Shown: piece by piece, positions 47,521 to 58,202 of the stretch | Layout: every line of letters starts with the position of its first letter | Numbering within the stretch: position 1 is the stretch's first letter | Source: Thermodesulfovibrionia bacterium | GTDB lineage: Bacteria > Nitrospirota > Thermodesulfovibrionia > UBA6902 | Direction: 5' to 3' | DNA: 64,000 bases | NCBI GenBank assembly: GCA_030646035.1 | Contig: JAUSMY010000056.1 | Location: 5,481 to 69,480 of the forward strand | Translations under genes and position numbers: made by a program | The notes under the pieces: generated by a model | Databases searched by the model: none | Seen by the model: only the letters and a program-made list of their open reading frames with translations | What the model was told of the DNA's origin: nothing

Positions 47521-48927
47521 TTGCATAATGTGAAAATTCTTGTCGTTGATGATGAGGAACTGATAAGGTCTTCGATTAAAAAGCACCTTGATAAAGAGGG
47601 CTATGAGGTGCTGACAGCAGAAAGCGGAGATGAGGGTCTGAAGACACTGAAGGTCCAGCTTCCGGATATAGTTCTGCTTGATCTTCATATGCCCGGCATC
47701 AGCGGAATGGAGACCCTTGAGGCGATAAAAAAATTCAACAAGGATACCGTTGTTGTCATCATAACTGCTCATGGTGCTATAGAAACGGCTGTCACTGCAA
47801 TAAAGCTCGGCGCATATGATTTCGTGGAAAAGCCTTTTGAATTGAACAGGGTATCAATAATTATTAAAAAGGCATTGGAGAATGTTGACCTGAAGAGAGA
47901 GGTCAATTTTCTCAGGAGCGAGCAGCATCAAAAATACAATTTTGACAGCATTATCTGCGAATCCGAGATAATGTCAAACATGGTTGCCCTTGCAAAGAGA
48001 ATTTCTGAAAGTGATGCAAATACCGTATTGATCCAGGGTGAAAGCGGCACAGGTAAAACCCTTATTTCCAGAGTAATTCATTATCATAGCCCAAGGGCCT
48101 CAAAGCCTTTTGTCGAGGTAACCTGTACGGCGCTGCCCGAGACGCTTGTTGAGAGCGAGCTGTTTGGATATGAAAAGGGCTCATTCACCGATGCCAAGGC
48201 GTCAAAGAAAGGCCTATTTGAAATGGCTGACGGCGGCACAGTATACCTTGATGAAGTTGGGGATATGAAGCCATCGACACAGGCAAAGTTCCTCAAGGTG
48301 ATAGAGGAAAAAACCTTCATGAGGATAGGCGGGCTCAAAGAGACTGCCGTTGATGTCAGGATCATAGCTACTACAAACAGGAACCTGAAAGAAGAGGTCA
48401 AGAGAGGCAATTTCAGAGAAGACCTTTATTACAGGCTTAATGTGATACCTTTGGAGTTTCCGGCTTTAAGGCAGAGAAAAGAGGATATTATACCTACGGC
48501 GATGCATTTTATTAATACCATGAGAAGAGAGTGCAGGAGGAATATCACAGGGATATCAAAAGAGGCCCAGGAGCTTTTATTGAACTATAACTGGCCCGGA
48601 AACATCAGAGAACTTAAGAATGTTGTTGAGAGGGTTTTTATACTTGGAACTGACGGCCCGATGCTTCCAAGCCACCTTCCGCTTGAGATATTGAATTATG
48701 GAAGCGGCCCCGTTCATAAAAATGAAGATTCTGAAAATAGAGCACAATCAGGTGAATTCAGCTTTAACCTGCCTGGTGACGGGATATCAATAGAAAATAT
48801 TGAGAAGGAATTTATTATTCAGGCGCTTCAGGTTACGAGGGACAACCAGACCAAGGCTGCTAAACTCCTTGGCCTTTCCAGGGATGCTCTTAGGTACAGG
48901 ATGCAGAAGTTTAAACTGATCGAATAA
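47521..48927 (+). CDS. Sigma54-dependent response regulator (NtrC family)
   Basis: Receiver VVDDE...LLDLHMP, GESGTGKT, GSFTDA, FREDLYYRLNV, WPGNIREL, Fis-type HTH. Confidence 0.95.
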   Translation: MHNVKILVVDDEELIRSSIKKHLDKEGYEVLTAESGDEGLKTLKVQLPDIVLLDLHMPGISGMETLEAIKKFNKDTVVVIITAHGAIETAVTAIKLGAYDFVEKPFELNRVSIIIKKALENVDLKREVNFLRSEQHQKYNFDSIICESEIMSNMVALAKRISESDANTVLIQGESGTGKTLISRVIHYHSPRASKPFVEVTCTALPETLVESELFGYEKGSFTDAKASKKGLFEMADGGTVYLDEVGDMKPSTQAKFLKVIEEKTFMRIGGLKETAVDVRIIATTNRNLKEEVKRGNFREDLYYRLNVIPLEFPALRQRKEDIIPTAMHFINTMRRECRRNITGISKEAQELLLNYNWPGNIRELKNVVERVFILGTDGPMLPSHLPLEILNYGSGPVHKNEDSENRAQSGEFSFNLPGDGISIENIEKEFIIQALQVTRDNQTKAAKLLGLSRDALRYRMQKFKLIE

Positions 48928-48943
48928 GTTCTTAATAAAGATC

Positions 48944-50803
48944 TTATCTTCTAAAACCTCCTATTGCAGTTGAGATTATCTCCTGCCTTAGTGATGTGAG
49001 GTTTGCGTCATTAGGATATAGATTCAATCCTTCCTCTGTAGTTATTCTCGCTTTCTTAAAATATGTAAGGGAGTTCCCGGGATCAAGCCGGCCCATTTTG
49101 AAATAGATCAATCCCTCAAGATGAAATGACGGCAGTCCGGGCCTTCTCTTCTTTTCCAGCTCATTCCATGAAAGGAACTTATTTATAACCTCCATGTTCA
49201 TGTTCGGAGCATAGGCGGCTTCAAGAGCTTTTCTGTACATGTAATCCGGTTCAGCCCAGTTTCTCAGATATATATTACTGACTGCGGGCAGAATGTCTTC
49301 CTCTGAGATGATATTTGTATTCATATAAAGTTGCTTGAAATGGTTGTACCTGCTGTAGTCGTAAAATGTTTTAAGCGCGTATCCGGCGATGCCCGCATAC
49401 AGCAGCACGGCAAATAAAACAACAGCAAGTAATAACGGCCTGCTCAGTTTTTCAAGTCCTGCTTTTTTTTCATTTTGAGAGGTTAATAAATATAGAAGTA
49501 TAATAAAAAGGAATGTATGCGCAGAAGACAGCTTCAGCGGATACTCGACCATCATATGCAGAAGGAGAGGCATAAAAAGCGCAATGGATATTCCGGCCTG
49601 CCTTATGCCTGTCTCCCTGAGTATTTTCCATATGCCGAAAAGTGCGATCATGACAGCCAGAATGCCGGCGATACCGCATTCAGAAAGAATATAGAGAAGT
49701 TCATTGTGGGGATGGCTTATGAATTCGTTATAGACCATACCCTTATAACGCGGGTTGTCTTTTGAGACGTCTGCCTTATAAAACATGAAGGTGCTGCCGA
49801 AGTTAGAGAAGCCCTGGCCGAAAAAAGGTTTATTCTTAAACATCTCATATGACGTGTCATACATTATAAGCCGTTCAGAGAATGACCGCTGGCTGGTGTC
49901 TGACAGCCAGTTCACCCTCTCTTTTGCCGCTGTTTCAGTACTCTCGATCGATCCGGCCCCGCTGCTTTTTGTGCTTATAAGATAGAACCCCGCGCTGATC
50001 CCGACTGCAAGCACCAGAGTCCATATTGCAAGATGTTTTCTTATGCCTGAGTATGCCCGCCAATTTGTAGGTAGCAGTATCATCATAGCGAGCGCTGCGC
50101 CTACAAGGCCTGCCCTTGAGCTTGCAACCATAAGGCCTGCAGATAATATAAAAAGGTAAAAATAAAAAAACACTTTCTTTATATTCTTATATCCATTGAA
50201 CCTTTCAGTTGTTATGAAATACAGGCATATTGCGATCCCTGTTGCTGTCCATGAAGCAAAGAGGTTCTTCTGCTGGAACGCACCTCCGACATCCGGTATG
50301 TATTTTGTAAGGGTTATTATTTTCATGGCGAAGCCTATCCCGAATGAATGGATATAATATGAATTGACGAAAAACTTCAGCATTATCATTATGGATTCAA
50401 TGACACAAGAGGCCATTACTATTAGAAGAATATTCTCTTTTGCCTTCTTATTAAAATCAAACTGATGGATGCCGAGCCATATTATTAAAGCACCGATAAG
50501 GCGCAGGGCGTTTATTGTGAAGATGTCAATATTTATTATCGGATTAAATATGCTGGTTGATAAAATAAGGATCACATATGCGATGAAATATTTTAAATAT
50601 GAAGGCAGGATAAAAGACTTATTGATAACAGCGTGTATGACAGAAAGCAGAACGAGGGTAAATAATCCGATCCAGATGAAATATTCACGCGGATGCGCGA
50701 CCGTCCCTCCCATGTTTGGGATGGAGATATGCATAATGCATAGCAGAATAATTGATATTACAACAATCGGCAATCTTTCGAATATCTTTAGTAGCTGTGT
50801 CAA
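48944..50803 (-). CDS. O-antigen ligase / PglL-like O-oligosaccharyltransferase
   Basis: PNMGG, FQQKNLFAS, SSRAG, HPHNELL, VEYPL; many TM helices. Confidence 0.8.
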   Translation of the reverse strand: MTQLLKIFERLPIVVISIILLCIMHISIPNMGGTVAHPREYFIWIGLFTLVLLSVIHAVINKSFILPSYLKYFIAYVILILSTSIFNPIINIDIFTINALRLIGALIIWLGIHQFDFNKKAKENILLIVMASCVIESIMIMLKFFVNSYYIHSFGIGFAMKIITLTKYIPDVGGAFQQKNLFASWTATGIAICLYFITTERFNGYKNIKKVFFYFYLFILSAGLMVASSRAGLVGAALAMMILLPTNWRAYSGIRKHLAIWTLVLAVGISAGFYLISTKSSGAGSIESTETAAKERVNWLSDTSQRSFSERLIMYDTSYEMFKNKPFFGQGFSNFGSTFMFYKADVSKDNPRYKGMVYNEFISHPHNELLYILSECGIAGILAVMIALFGIWKILRETGIRQAGISIALFMPLLLHMMVEYPLKLSSAHTFLFIILLYLLTSQNEKKAGLEKLSRPLLLAVVLFAVLLYAGIAGYALKTFYDYSRYNHFKQLYMNTNIISEEDILPAVSNIYLRNWAEPDYMYRKALEAAYAPNMNMEVINKFLSWNELEKKRRPGLPSFHLEGLIYFKMGRLDPGNSLTYFKKARITTEEGLNLYPNDANLTSLRQEIISTAIGGFRR

Positions 50804-50814
50804 TTCATGCTCCT

Positions 50815-52635
50815 TTATTTCGCATCAGAAGATTCAAAATCCTGTTTTAATTTGACCATACTGTTCCAGCCGGGGTAAAGACCCAGTCCTTCCTCAAGGA
50901 GCTTGTATGCCTCATCTTTTCTCCCGACGACATATAGAGAGAACGACCCTCTTTGGTATACATCCGGATGAGGGAAGACCTCTTTTTCCTTAATACAAAA
51001 GTCAGCAAAGTCTTCTATTGATTTCTTGTCACCATTCAGAAGTCCGATCCTGAAATTGGCATCAAAATAAAACCTCTTGCCAAGTTGTTCAAGATACACA
51101 TTGTCGACAGCAGGTTCAATAAGTTCAGGCCTGACAAGTCCTATAATAAGCAAGTCCTGATATTTTTTCATAGCTCTCTGAAGATTGAGGGTTGTTATTG
51201 AGAGGTAAGTTATGACCATAAAGAGCATGGCAGCAGTAGCAAGCGCGCCTGTCTTTAGCAGTCTGACAGGTTTTATCCTGATCTCTTTTATGAAATACGA
51301 CGACGGCAGATATAGTAAGAAAAGAAAGAGCGCCCAATGGGGCATGGACTGGTAAAGCGGATAACTTACCTGAGTATCAAATGCTATCGGAAATAAAAAG
51401 GCCGCATAAGTTCCGCCACGCTCTCTGCCGAGTTTGATAAGGCATACCATAAAGCCAACCCCGACCAACAGCAGCCCCGTCCCGCCAAGTAAGCCTGACT
51501 CCGCAGTCCTGTATAAAAACTCGTTATGCGGATGTAACGTAAAGGCAACTTCATATGGATATTCAGGATGTTCTTTGGCAAGCCTGCTCCTGTAATGCAT
51601 GAACTTGCTGCCGAAGCTGCCGGGCCCGTGGCCGATCAGCGGCCTGTCTTTTATCATGTTGACTGCCGTAAGGTACATCGGCACCCTCATGTCCTTTACC
51701 TCATCCCCGGACATGCTCTCCATCGTCATCTCTATCTTCTGACCTACAGAGCTGAGCGCAGAGTCCCTTTTGTAGTAATACTTCTCAGCAGCCACACTGC
51801 CGGTTATTCCCAAGCATATCATCATCAGCCATATGAAAGGGTAGAGCGCCTTCTCTCTGTAATGCACGTACCTCGCTGCCAGGAGTATAAGCGCTCCGGC
51901 TCCTGCCTCTATCACTCCTGCCCTTGAGCCTGTGAGAAAAATAATAAAGCACATGAGCAGCACAATAAGATAAAAGAGAGTTTTAAGCCAACTGCTGAAT
52001 CCCCTGAATATCTGCCCTGTTAAAAGATAAAGCGATATCACAATAGATGTCGCAAGATATGAGGCAAGGATATTTTGGTGCTGGAAATTGCCAAATACCT
52101 TGATCGGGGCAGGCGCTGCTATAAGAAAGATGCTTATTTCAGGGTTGAAGTACTGAAACAAACTTATCAGCGACTCTATCATGCCGGAGATGAATATTGC
52201 ATATAAGAGCCGCTCCTTCTCCTCATCAGAAAGCTCACATTGATGTAAGGCTATAAAGAATATTATCCCGCCAATGAGCCCGGCTGTTTCAAATATAAAT
52301 GAATGCCTGTCTATTATCGGATTAAAGAGGGCAGAAGGAAGCAGTGATAACAGAAAGATTAATATATATAAGGAAAGGCGCGGGACTGTTATCTTCCATT
52401 CATTGAATATATGTATCACTGAAAGAAGCACAAGTCCTGACAGAGTTATCCAGACAAAATATGCCACAGGCAGGACAAGCGGCGCGCCGAAGTTCCTTAT
52501 GGTTATATGTGAAATCACCAGAAAGAGCAGCGCAAGTATCCATAAATAAATTCTCTTTATCATATCTCTATTCACCCAGCTAAAAATACCAGAATCCTTC
52601 GGGCATGTCAAAAAAGGCTGGCAATAATTAAGCAC
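50815..52635 (-). CDS. O-antigen ligase / PglL-like O-oligosaccharyltransferase (paralog); start probably a later Met
   Basis: GNFQHQNILAS, TGSRAG, GHGPGSF, HPHNEFL, VSYPL. Confidence 0.78.
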   Translation of the reverse strand: MLNYCQPFLTCPKDSGIFSWVNRDMIKRIYLWILALLFLVISHITIRNFGAPLVLPVAYFVWITLSGLVLLSVIHIFNEWKITVPRLSLYILIFLLSLLPSALFNPIIDRHSFIFETAGLIGGIIFFIALHQCELSDEEKERLLYAIFISGMIESLISLFQYFNPEISIFLIAAPAPIKVFGNFQHQNILASYLATSIVISLYLLTGQIFRGFSSWLKTLFYLIVLLMCFIIFLTGSRAGVIEAGAGALILLAARYVHYREKALYPFIWLMMICLGITGSVAAEKYYYKRDSALSSVGQKIEMTMESMSGDEVKDMRVPMYLTAVNMIKDRPLIGHGPGSFGSKFMHYRSRLAKEHPEYPYEVAFTLHPHNEFLYRTAESGLLGGTGLLLVGVGFMVCLIKLGRERGGTYAAFLFPIAFDTQVSYPLYQSMPHWALFLFLLYLPSSYFIKEIRIKPVRLLKTGALATAAMLFMVITYLSITTLNLQRAMKKYQDLLIIGLVRPELIEPAVDNVYLEQLGKRFYFDANFRIGLLNGDKKSIEDFADFCIKEKEVFPHPDVYQRGSFSLYVVGRKDEAYKLLEEGLGLYPGWNSMVKLKQDFESSDAK

Positions 52636-52945
52636 TTGAAATTAAAAAGAAGCATAGTTTAAAATACTGAACATTTTTTAGAATGATGTCTGGTTGAGTT
52701 GGACAGTTAACTGAGACTGATCAAACCATGAGACAATTTTTGCTTTATACATAATGAGTATTGCTTAATTATCAGGCAGGATATTAAAGTTAGTGCCAAG
52801 CTGTGTGAAATAACGCTTTAAGTTGGTTAAATCTATCAACTGTAATTTAAAATTTAAATAAACATTTAATATTTTCAGTCAATTTTATACGTAACTTGCT
52901 TGATTATAATGGATAATTAGATTTTTTCATGCTTCATGATAAAAT

Positions 52946-52961
52946 TGGTATGGGAATTGCA
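52946..52961 (+). promoter_or_regulatory. Sigma54 (-24/-12) promoter
   Basis: TGGTATGGGAATTGCA: GG-N10-GC with TTGCA, upstream of the cytochrome genes. Confidence 0.7.
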
Positions 52962-53078
52962 TCATTAATCGATGGAACAGGATAATAAATAATGAAAACA
53001 ATAAATACAGGCAAGACTCGAAAAGCTTTTAAACCAAATTACTTTTTTAAAGTAATAAACAAAAAGGAGGAAACAAAG

Positions 53079-54083
53079 ATGAAAAGATTACTATTAGCAA
53101 TGTGTTTAGTAATCGTGGTTGCATTCGCGTTCTACGGAACAGCTAATGCAGTCGGCGGTGTATGTTCTAACTGCCACACGATGCACGCAAGTCAGGATGG
53201 ATCAGCTGGAACTCCAAATGCCACGCTTTTGAAGAGTGCAGATGAATGTTTGGGTTGTCATGGCGGTACCGGTTCTGGTTCTGGTGCACCACTCGTTGAT
53301 AAAACAGGTGGAACAGGTATGCCGTCAGGTGGTTCTTTTAACGATGACTATGCAACATCACAGACTATGACACACAACGTATCAGACTTGTCAGTTTTAG
53401 CGTACTCCACAGCTGACCAAGATACTACACTTCTTAATGATCCTCCAGGCAATACAATGGATGGAACAGGCAATGCACTTACCGCACAGCTTAAGTGTGG
53501 CGGTACCAATGGTTGTCATGGTAATCACACATCTGCCGGCAGTACGGATGCTGTGAAGGGAATGCACCATGCAACAAAAGTTACTTACAAGTTCCTTAAG
53601 ATAGCAGCTGACAATTCAGGTGCAGGTACTAACGTTGCCGGAACATCTTCAGCTGACTATGAACAAGGCACAGTAGATGGTACAAACCACAATATTTATG
53701 CAGCAGGCGGCACAGACAGCATCAGCCAGTTCTGCAACAACTGTCATGATGATTTCCATGGCGCAACCGCTGGCGAGACAGGTACTGCTTCTCCCTGGAA
53801 ACGTCACCCGACGGATTTGCTTTTAACAGGAGCAATGGCTTCAGCGACAATAGATTATGTTAATACCCCGTTTGCATTCGTTTCAGCAGACAGGTCCGGT
53901 ATGGCTACAACTACAACTACCAACTATACAGCAGCTAAAGGTAATGTAATGTGTCTGTCATGTCACCGCGCACATGCATCTAACCAGCCTGATCTTCTCA
54001 GGTTTGCATACAGCGGTCTTAATGCTAATGCAGGCGGCGGCGGCACAACAGGATGTCTTGCTTGTCACGTAAATCAGAGGTAA
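53079..54083 (+). CDS. OmcS-like hexaheme c-type cytochrome
   Basis: AAGGAGG SD, signal peptide; [46 protein letters not shown] in OmcS-like order. Confidence 0.82.
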   Translation: MKRLLLAMCLVIVVAFAFYGTANAVGGVCSNCHTMHASQDGSAGTPNATLLKSADECLGCHGGTGSGSGAPLVDKTGGTGMPSGGSFNDDYATSQTMTHNVSDLSVLAYSTADQDTTLLNDPPGNTMDGTGNALTAQLKCGGTNGCHGNHTSAGSTDAVKGMHHATKVTYKFLKIAADNSGAGTNVAGTSSADYEQGTVDGTNHNIYAAGGTDSISQFCNNCHDDFHGATAGETGTASPWKRHPTDLLLTGAMASATIDYVNTPFAFVSADRSGMATTTTTNYTAAKGNVMCLSCHRAHASNQPDLLRFAYSGLNANAGGGGTTGCLACHVNQR

Positions 54084-54093
54084 TTTGACATAG

Positions 54094-54119
54094 GTAAGGG
54101 GAACTTCGGTTCCCCTTAC
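54094..54119 (+). other. Strong intergenic hairpin with cUUCGg tetraloop and no U-tract
   Basis: GTAAGGGGAAC-TTCG-GTTCCCCTTAC, perfect 11-bp stem. Confidence 0.75.
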
Positions 54120-54136
54120 ATCTATGGGTTTAAACA

Positions 54137-55315
54137 ATGATTAAGCCCATAGATGTAAAAAAAACAAAAGGAAATATGATGATAAATAAAAGAAAAAAAG
54201 ATGGGGTACTAAACAAAATAATTATCGCATCGGTTTTTATGGCTCTAATTGTATTGTCATCTCTCTCACCTGTTTATGCGCTTACAGGTGTATGCTCTAA
54301 CTGCCACACAATGCACAATAGTCAGGATGGCAGTACAGTAACAGGTGGTGCTGCAAATGATGTCCTGTTAACTGATGACTGTCTCGGGTGTCATAGTAAT
54401 GCCGGTTCATCAAAAATTCTTAACAATGTACCGCAGGTAATGCACACAGGTACTGATGACCTTGCAGGCGGTAACTTTAATTACTTAACTGCTTCTGACA
54501 CCAGAGGGCATAATATCATTGATCTTGCAAATCCTGATGATGTTCTTGATATCCCGCCCGGAGGAGATTGGCTCGCTCATTCTTCGGTTGTTGGTAAACT
54601 GATTGGTGATGACAGGCTTACATGCGCCGGTACTAATGGTTGTCATGGCTTAAGGGCTTTAGCGGGTCCTACTTTTCTTACTCCTCTTAATTCTTTAAAG
54701 GGTGCTCATCATAAAAATATTTCAACCGATAACACAAGCACAGCTGATGATAATTACAACAGCTACAGGTTTCTAAGGGGCGTTAAAGGTTATGAAAATA
54801 ACGTTTCCGGAAGCGAATGGCAGAATGTAGACGCAGCCAAACATAATGAATATTTAGGTTCAACAGAAACTGTTAGTTGCGCCACCAACAGTTGTCATTC
54901 TGCCACACCAGTTCCTAATATACAGCCGGCAACTCATACTATGAGCGGGTTCTGCGGCACCTGTCATGGTGAATTTCACATCTTGGACGGTACGGGAGAT
55001 GGTTCCTTTTCATCACCGTTCATTAGGCACCCGACTGATATAGTACTCCCGTCTGACATTGGCCGTGAATATGCCGCTTATACAGCATATAAAGTAAGCG
55101 CTCCTGTTGCAAAGCCACTTGCAGCGCTAACGGGCATTAGCGGTGTAGTAAATCCAGGTACTGACATTGTAATGTGTCTCTCTTGTCACAAGGCTCATGC
55201 AACTGACTTTCCTGACATGCTTAGATGGGATATGAATGATATGGTGGTTGGAACTACAGGGCCTGCTGCAGGAACCGGCTGTTTTGCCTGTCATACAGAA
55301 AAAGACGGCATCTAA
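54137..55315 (+). CDS. Second OmcS-like multiheme cytochrome (up to 7 heme motifs); start probably a later Met
   Basis: [54 protein letters not shown]. Confidence 0.82.
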   Translation: MIKPIDVKKTKGNMMINKRKKDGVLNKIIIASVFMALIVLSSLSPVYALTGVCSNCHTMHNSQDGSTVTGGAANDVLLTDDCLGCHSNAGSSKILNNVPQVMHTGTDDLAGGNFNYLTASDTRGHNIIDLANPDDVLDIPPGGDWLAHSSVVGKLIGDDRLTCAGTNGCHGLRALAGPTFLTPLNSLKGAHHKNISTDNTSTADDNYNSYRFLRGVKGYENNVSGSEWQNVDAAKHNEYLGSTETVSCATNSCHSATPVPNIQPATHTMSGFCGTCHGEFHILDGTGDGSFSSPFIRHPTDIVLPSDIGREYAAYTAYKVSAPVAKPLAALTGISGVVNPGTDIVMCLSCHKAHATDFPDMLRWDMNDMVVGTTGPAAGTGCFACHTEKDGI

Positions 55316-55357
55316 CTAAGTACCGGTTCGATATTTTTTAATCTACATAGAATTATC

Positions 55358-55395
55358 AAAAGGTTGCTCATGATAAATGAACAACCTTTTTTTTT
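55358..55395 (+). terminator. Intrinsic terminator after the cytochrome pair
   Basis: AAAAGGTTGCTCA-TGATAAA-TGAACAACCTTTT followed by a long T run. Confidence 0.75.
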
Positions 55396-55531
55396 ATCCT
55401 GAGCTCATAAACAAAATGAATGCCTTGCGTTATATAATTAATACTATTGAATGCTGCATAATAAATATCACCTATGCGTCATTACCGTGAAAGTGGAAAT
55501 GACAAACAAGCCGTAGTTTATAATACGAATT

Positions 55532-56503
55532 ATGAGATACAGCAAGAACATTACAATCAGGAGATACGAACTTCAAAGCAGTTATTTCAGCTTGTTGCTC
55601 TTCTCTTTTTTCTTAATTATTGGTTATCCTGGCCTTCTTCACGCACAGGGCTCGCTTGTAAGGTATTTCGATAAGATCGATTATGATGAAGAGTGGAATA
55701 AGCTTGCCAGGCCTTCATTTGCGATGTCTGAGCCTGTGATGGATGAGATTTACATAATAGATGGTAAAGGGCGTGTAATAATTTATTCCTCTGACCTCTT
55801 TCCGCTTCATTCACTTGGTAAAAGTGATAAGATTGAGCTGCCCGAAGGACTTACTGTTGATCCTGATGGCAACCTGTATGTAGCACAGTCATATTCAGAG
55901 AATAATCCGAGATACAGGATATCTGTCTTTAACCCCTGCCTTAAGTGGATGCGTGATATTTATCTGGATGGTTTTGAAGGCGCAGAGTCTTTTGTTCCGC
56001 ACCGTCTTGCCTTTGACAAGAAGAATAATCTCTATATTGCAGGCCTTTATTTTCCCGGAGTTCTGGTCCTTGACAATAACTTTAAGATAATCGATATCAT
56101 GTCTCCTGCAGAGGATGAAAAGAAGGTTGCACTGATAAACGTATCAATTGATGATTCCGGATTGATATACCTTGTGAGCGAAGAGACTGGGCATATATAT
56201 GTCTATGATGAGAATAGAAAGTTCATATACCAGTTCGGGGAAAAAGGCGGCAGCACGGGTAAGCTCAGCAGGCCGAGGGCTGTTGCGATAGATAACAAGA
56301 GAGGCTGGGTTTATGTGTTAGACTATATGCGCCATACAGTTAATACATATGATAAGAACGGCAACCTGCTTTTTGAGTTTGGCGGCATGGGATTCAGTGA
56401 CGGATGGTTCAGGTTCCCCACAGACATCAGCGTAAGTAAAGAAGGAGATGTGATAGTAACAGACCTGTTTAACCACAGGGTTCAGATATTTAAACCATAT
56501 TAA
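55532..56503 (+). CDS. NHL-repeat beta-propeller protein
   Basis: PEGLTVDPDGNLYVA, G.KGG..GKL.RPRAVAID, G.FRFPTDI.V...G.V.V.D..NHRVQIF. Confidence 0.88.
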   Translation: MRYSKNITIRRYELQSSYFSLLLFSFFLIIGYPGLLHAQGSLVRYFDKIDYDEEWNKLARPSFAMSEPVMDEIYIIDGKGRVIIYSSDLFPLHSLGKSDKIELPEGLTVDPDGNLYVAQSYSENNPRYRISVFNPCLKWMRDIYLDGFEGAESFVPHRLAFDKKNNLYIAGLYFPGVLVLDNNFKIIDIMSPAEDEKKVALINVSIDDSGLIYLVSEETGHIYVYDENRKFIYQFGEKGGSTGKLSRPRAVAIDNKRGWVYVLDYMRHTVNTYDKNGNLLFEFGGMGFSDGWFRFPTDISVSKEGDVIVTDLFNHRVQIFKPY

Positions 56504-56504
56504 G

Positions 56505-58163
56505 ATGATCAGGTATAGTTCAGACAATGCCAAGCGTAAGCCCTGTCTTAAAAGCCGCCCGAGTTATTCTGCTTTATTTTCATCTGTTTTTATTTCATCA
56601 TTCTCACGGATTTTAATTCTATCTTTTATCCTCTGCATTTCAGGCTGTACAACTTTTATAAAAGATGAGTCTCTAAGGGATCAAAAGCAGGCTCTTTTCA
56701 ACAGCCAGATCGTCTTATATCTTAACGGCCCTGACAAGACATCGCTGGATATCAGTTTTATACTTTCAGGCGTCAGCGTCATGTCTAAGGACGGGAATTA
56801 CAGCGATGTTATTGATAAGCCTGTTGCAGTCAACTCTTTTAAAATAAAGGGGCATCAGGTTCTGCTTGGCGAGATACGGATTCCTGAGGGTGAATATAGA
56901 AAGCTGAAGTTTACGATCACAGATGCTTCTATCAAGAGTCATGAACAAACCGCAACACTTGCTCTCCCCCCTGAAGTCATTGAAGTCCCTATTAATTTAA
57001 TAGTGCGTGAAAATCAGAGTGAAGCGCTTTTTGTTAAATGGAACCCGGATGGTTCTGTTGATGAAGGATACATGTTCAAGCCGTTGTTTTCCATAACTTC
57101 AAAAGCTCCTGAACTTAGCAGCCTGCTGGTTTATGTTACCAATGAGGACTCAGGCAATGTCTCTGTAATAAACAGGCAGTCAGGAGAGGTTGTCGGCAGC
57201 ATCATGGTGGGAAAGAAGCCCAGGGGGATAATTGCCGGCCTCAGAAAAGAACGCCTTAAGATATATGTTGCGAATTCAGGTTCAAACAGTGTGTCAGTTA
57301 TTGATCCCGCAACCAACAGGGTAGAACAGGAGATACCCATAAGGCTTGGCAGGGGGCCTGAGGGTATTGCGGTTGCAGAGGTGTCTTCCAACAGGGAACT
57401 CGTATTTGTTTCGAATTATGACTCAAATATGGTATCGATCATTGACCCTGTTACTTTTCATGAGGTTGATAATGTCAGCGTCGGGAACGGGCCTATAGCG
57501 GTGGCGGCAGACCCGCCTCTTATAGAACTGTTCAGTTCAAGATTTCTTGACCCTTCAGAGATCAGCATTCTTCGGAACTACCGTACTAAGTATCTTAATG
57601 TGTATGTTGCGAACAAGAACTCAAACAGTATTTCTGTTCTCAAAGTAAATATTCTCAATAACAGGGTTGAAGATGTCCTTAATATTGATGTCGGGTGGAG
57701 TCCTATAGCGCTTTTTGTTGATTACAGCAGAGGCAGGCTCTATGTTGCCAATAATGATTCTGACAGGATCTCTGTTATTGATATCGTCTCAATTGTTAAC
57801 GGGGATTCTTCGGGCAGTATTAATTATATTGATAATATCGGTTCCTCTGCTATTGGAGTTGCTGTAAACCCTGTCTTTGACAGGGTTTACATTCTTAAAG
57901 AGATGCCTTCAGAGATAATGGTCATCAATTCATATTTTGAAGGTTCCGGGAACTCAAGGTCTCTCATAAGTCCGATAATTAACAGTATCCCTGTGGGTGA
58001 TTCTCCCAGAACCTTTATGCTTGATCCTCAGTCAAGGAAACTCTATGTTGTCAGCAGAAGCTCGGACAGCGTTTCTGTTATCAATACCATAAACACCATT
58101 GAAGAGAAGGCAATACCGGTCGGCAGGAACCCATACGGAATAGCAATGTTTTCTGAGCAGTGA
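56505..58163 (+). CDS. Lipoprotein with YVTN/YncE-type beta-propeller
   Basis: ISGC lipobox; repeated YVTN/YVAN..S.SVSVID...I.VG..P. Confidence 0.85.
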   Translation: MIRYSSDNAKRKPCLKSRPSYSALFSSVFISSFSRILILSFILCISGCTTFIKDESLRDQKQALFNSQIVLYLNGPDKTSLDISFILSGVSVMSKDGNYSDVIDKPVAVNSFKIKGHQVLLGEIRIPEGEYRKLKFTITDASIKSHEQTATLALPPEVIEVPINLIVRENQSEALFVKWNPDGSVDEGYMFKPLFSITSKAPELSSLLVYVTNEDSGNVSVINRQSGEVVGSIMVGKKPRGIIAGLRKERLKIYVANSGSNSVSVIDPATNRVEQEIPIRLGRGPEGIAVAEVSSNRELVFVSNYDSNMVSIIDPVTFHEVDNVSVGNGPIAVAADPPLIELFSSRFLDPSEISILRNYRTKYLNVYVANKNSNSISVLKVNILNNRVEDVLNIDVGWSPIALFVDYSRGRLYVANNDSDRISVIDIVSIVNGDSSGSINYIDNIGSSAIGVAVNPVFDRVYILKEMPSEIMVINSYFEGSGNSRSLISPIINSIPVGDSPRTFMLDPQSRKLYVVSRSSDSVSVINTINTIEEKAIPVGRNPYGIAMFSEQ

Positions 58164-58202
58164 TTTAAGTTATTTATCAGAGAGTGATCAAATAACTCTT
58201 TT

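Noticed and set aside
52785-52800. Minus-strand TTGGCAC as a sigma54 promoter for the oligosaccharyltransferase genes
   Set aside because: The -12 GC is missing at the required spacing.
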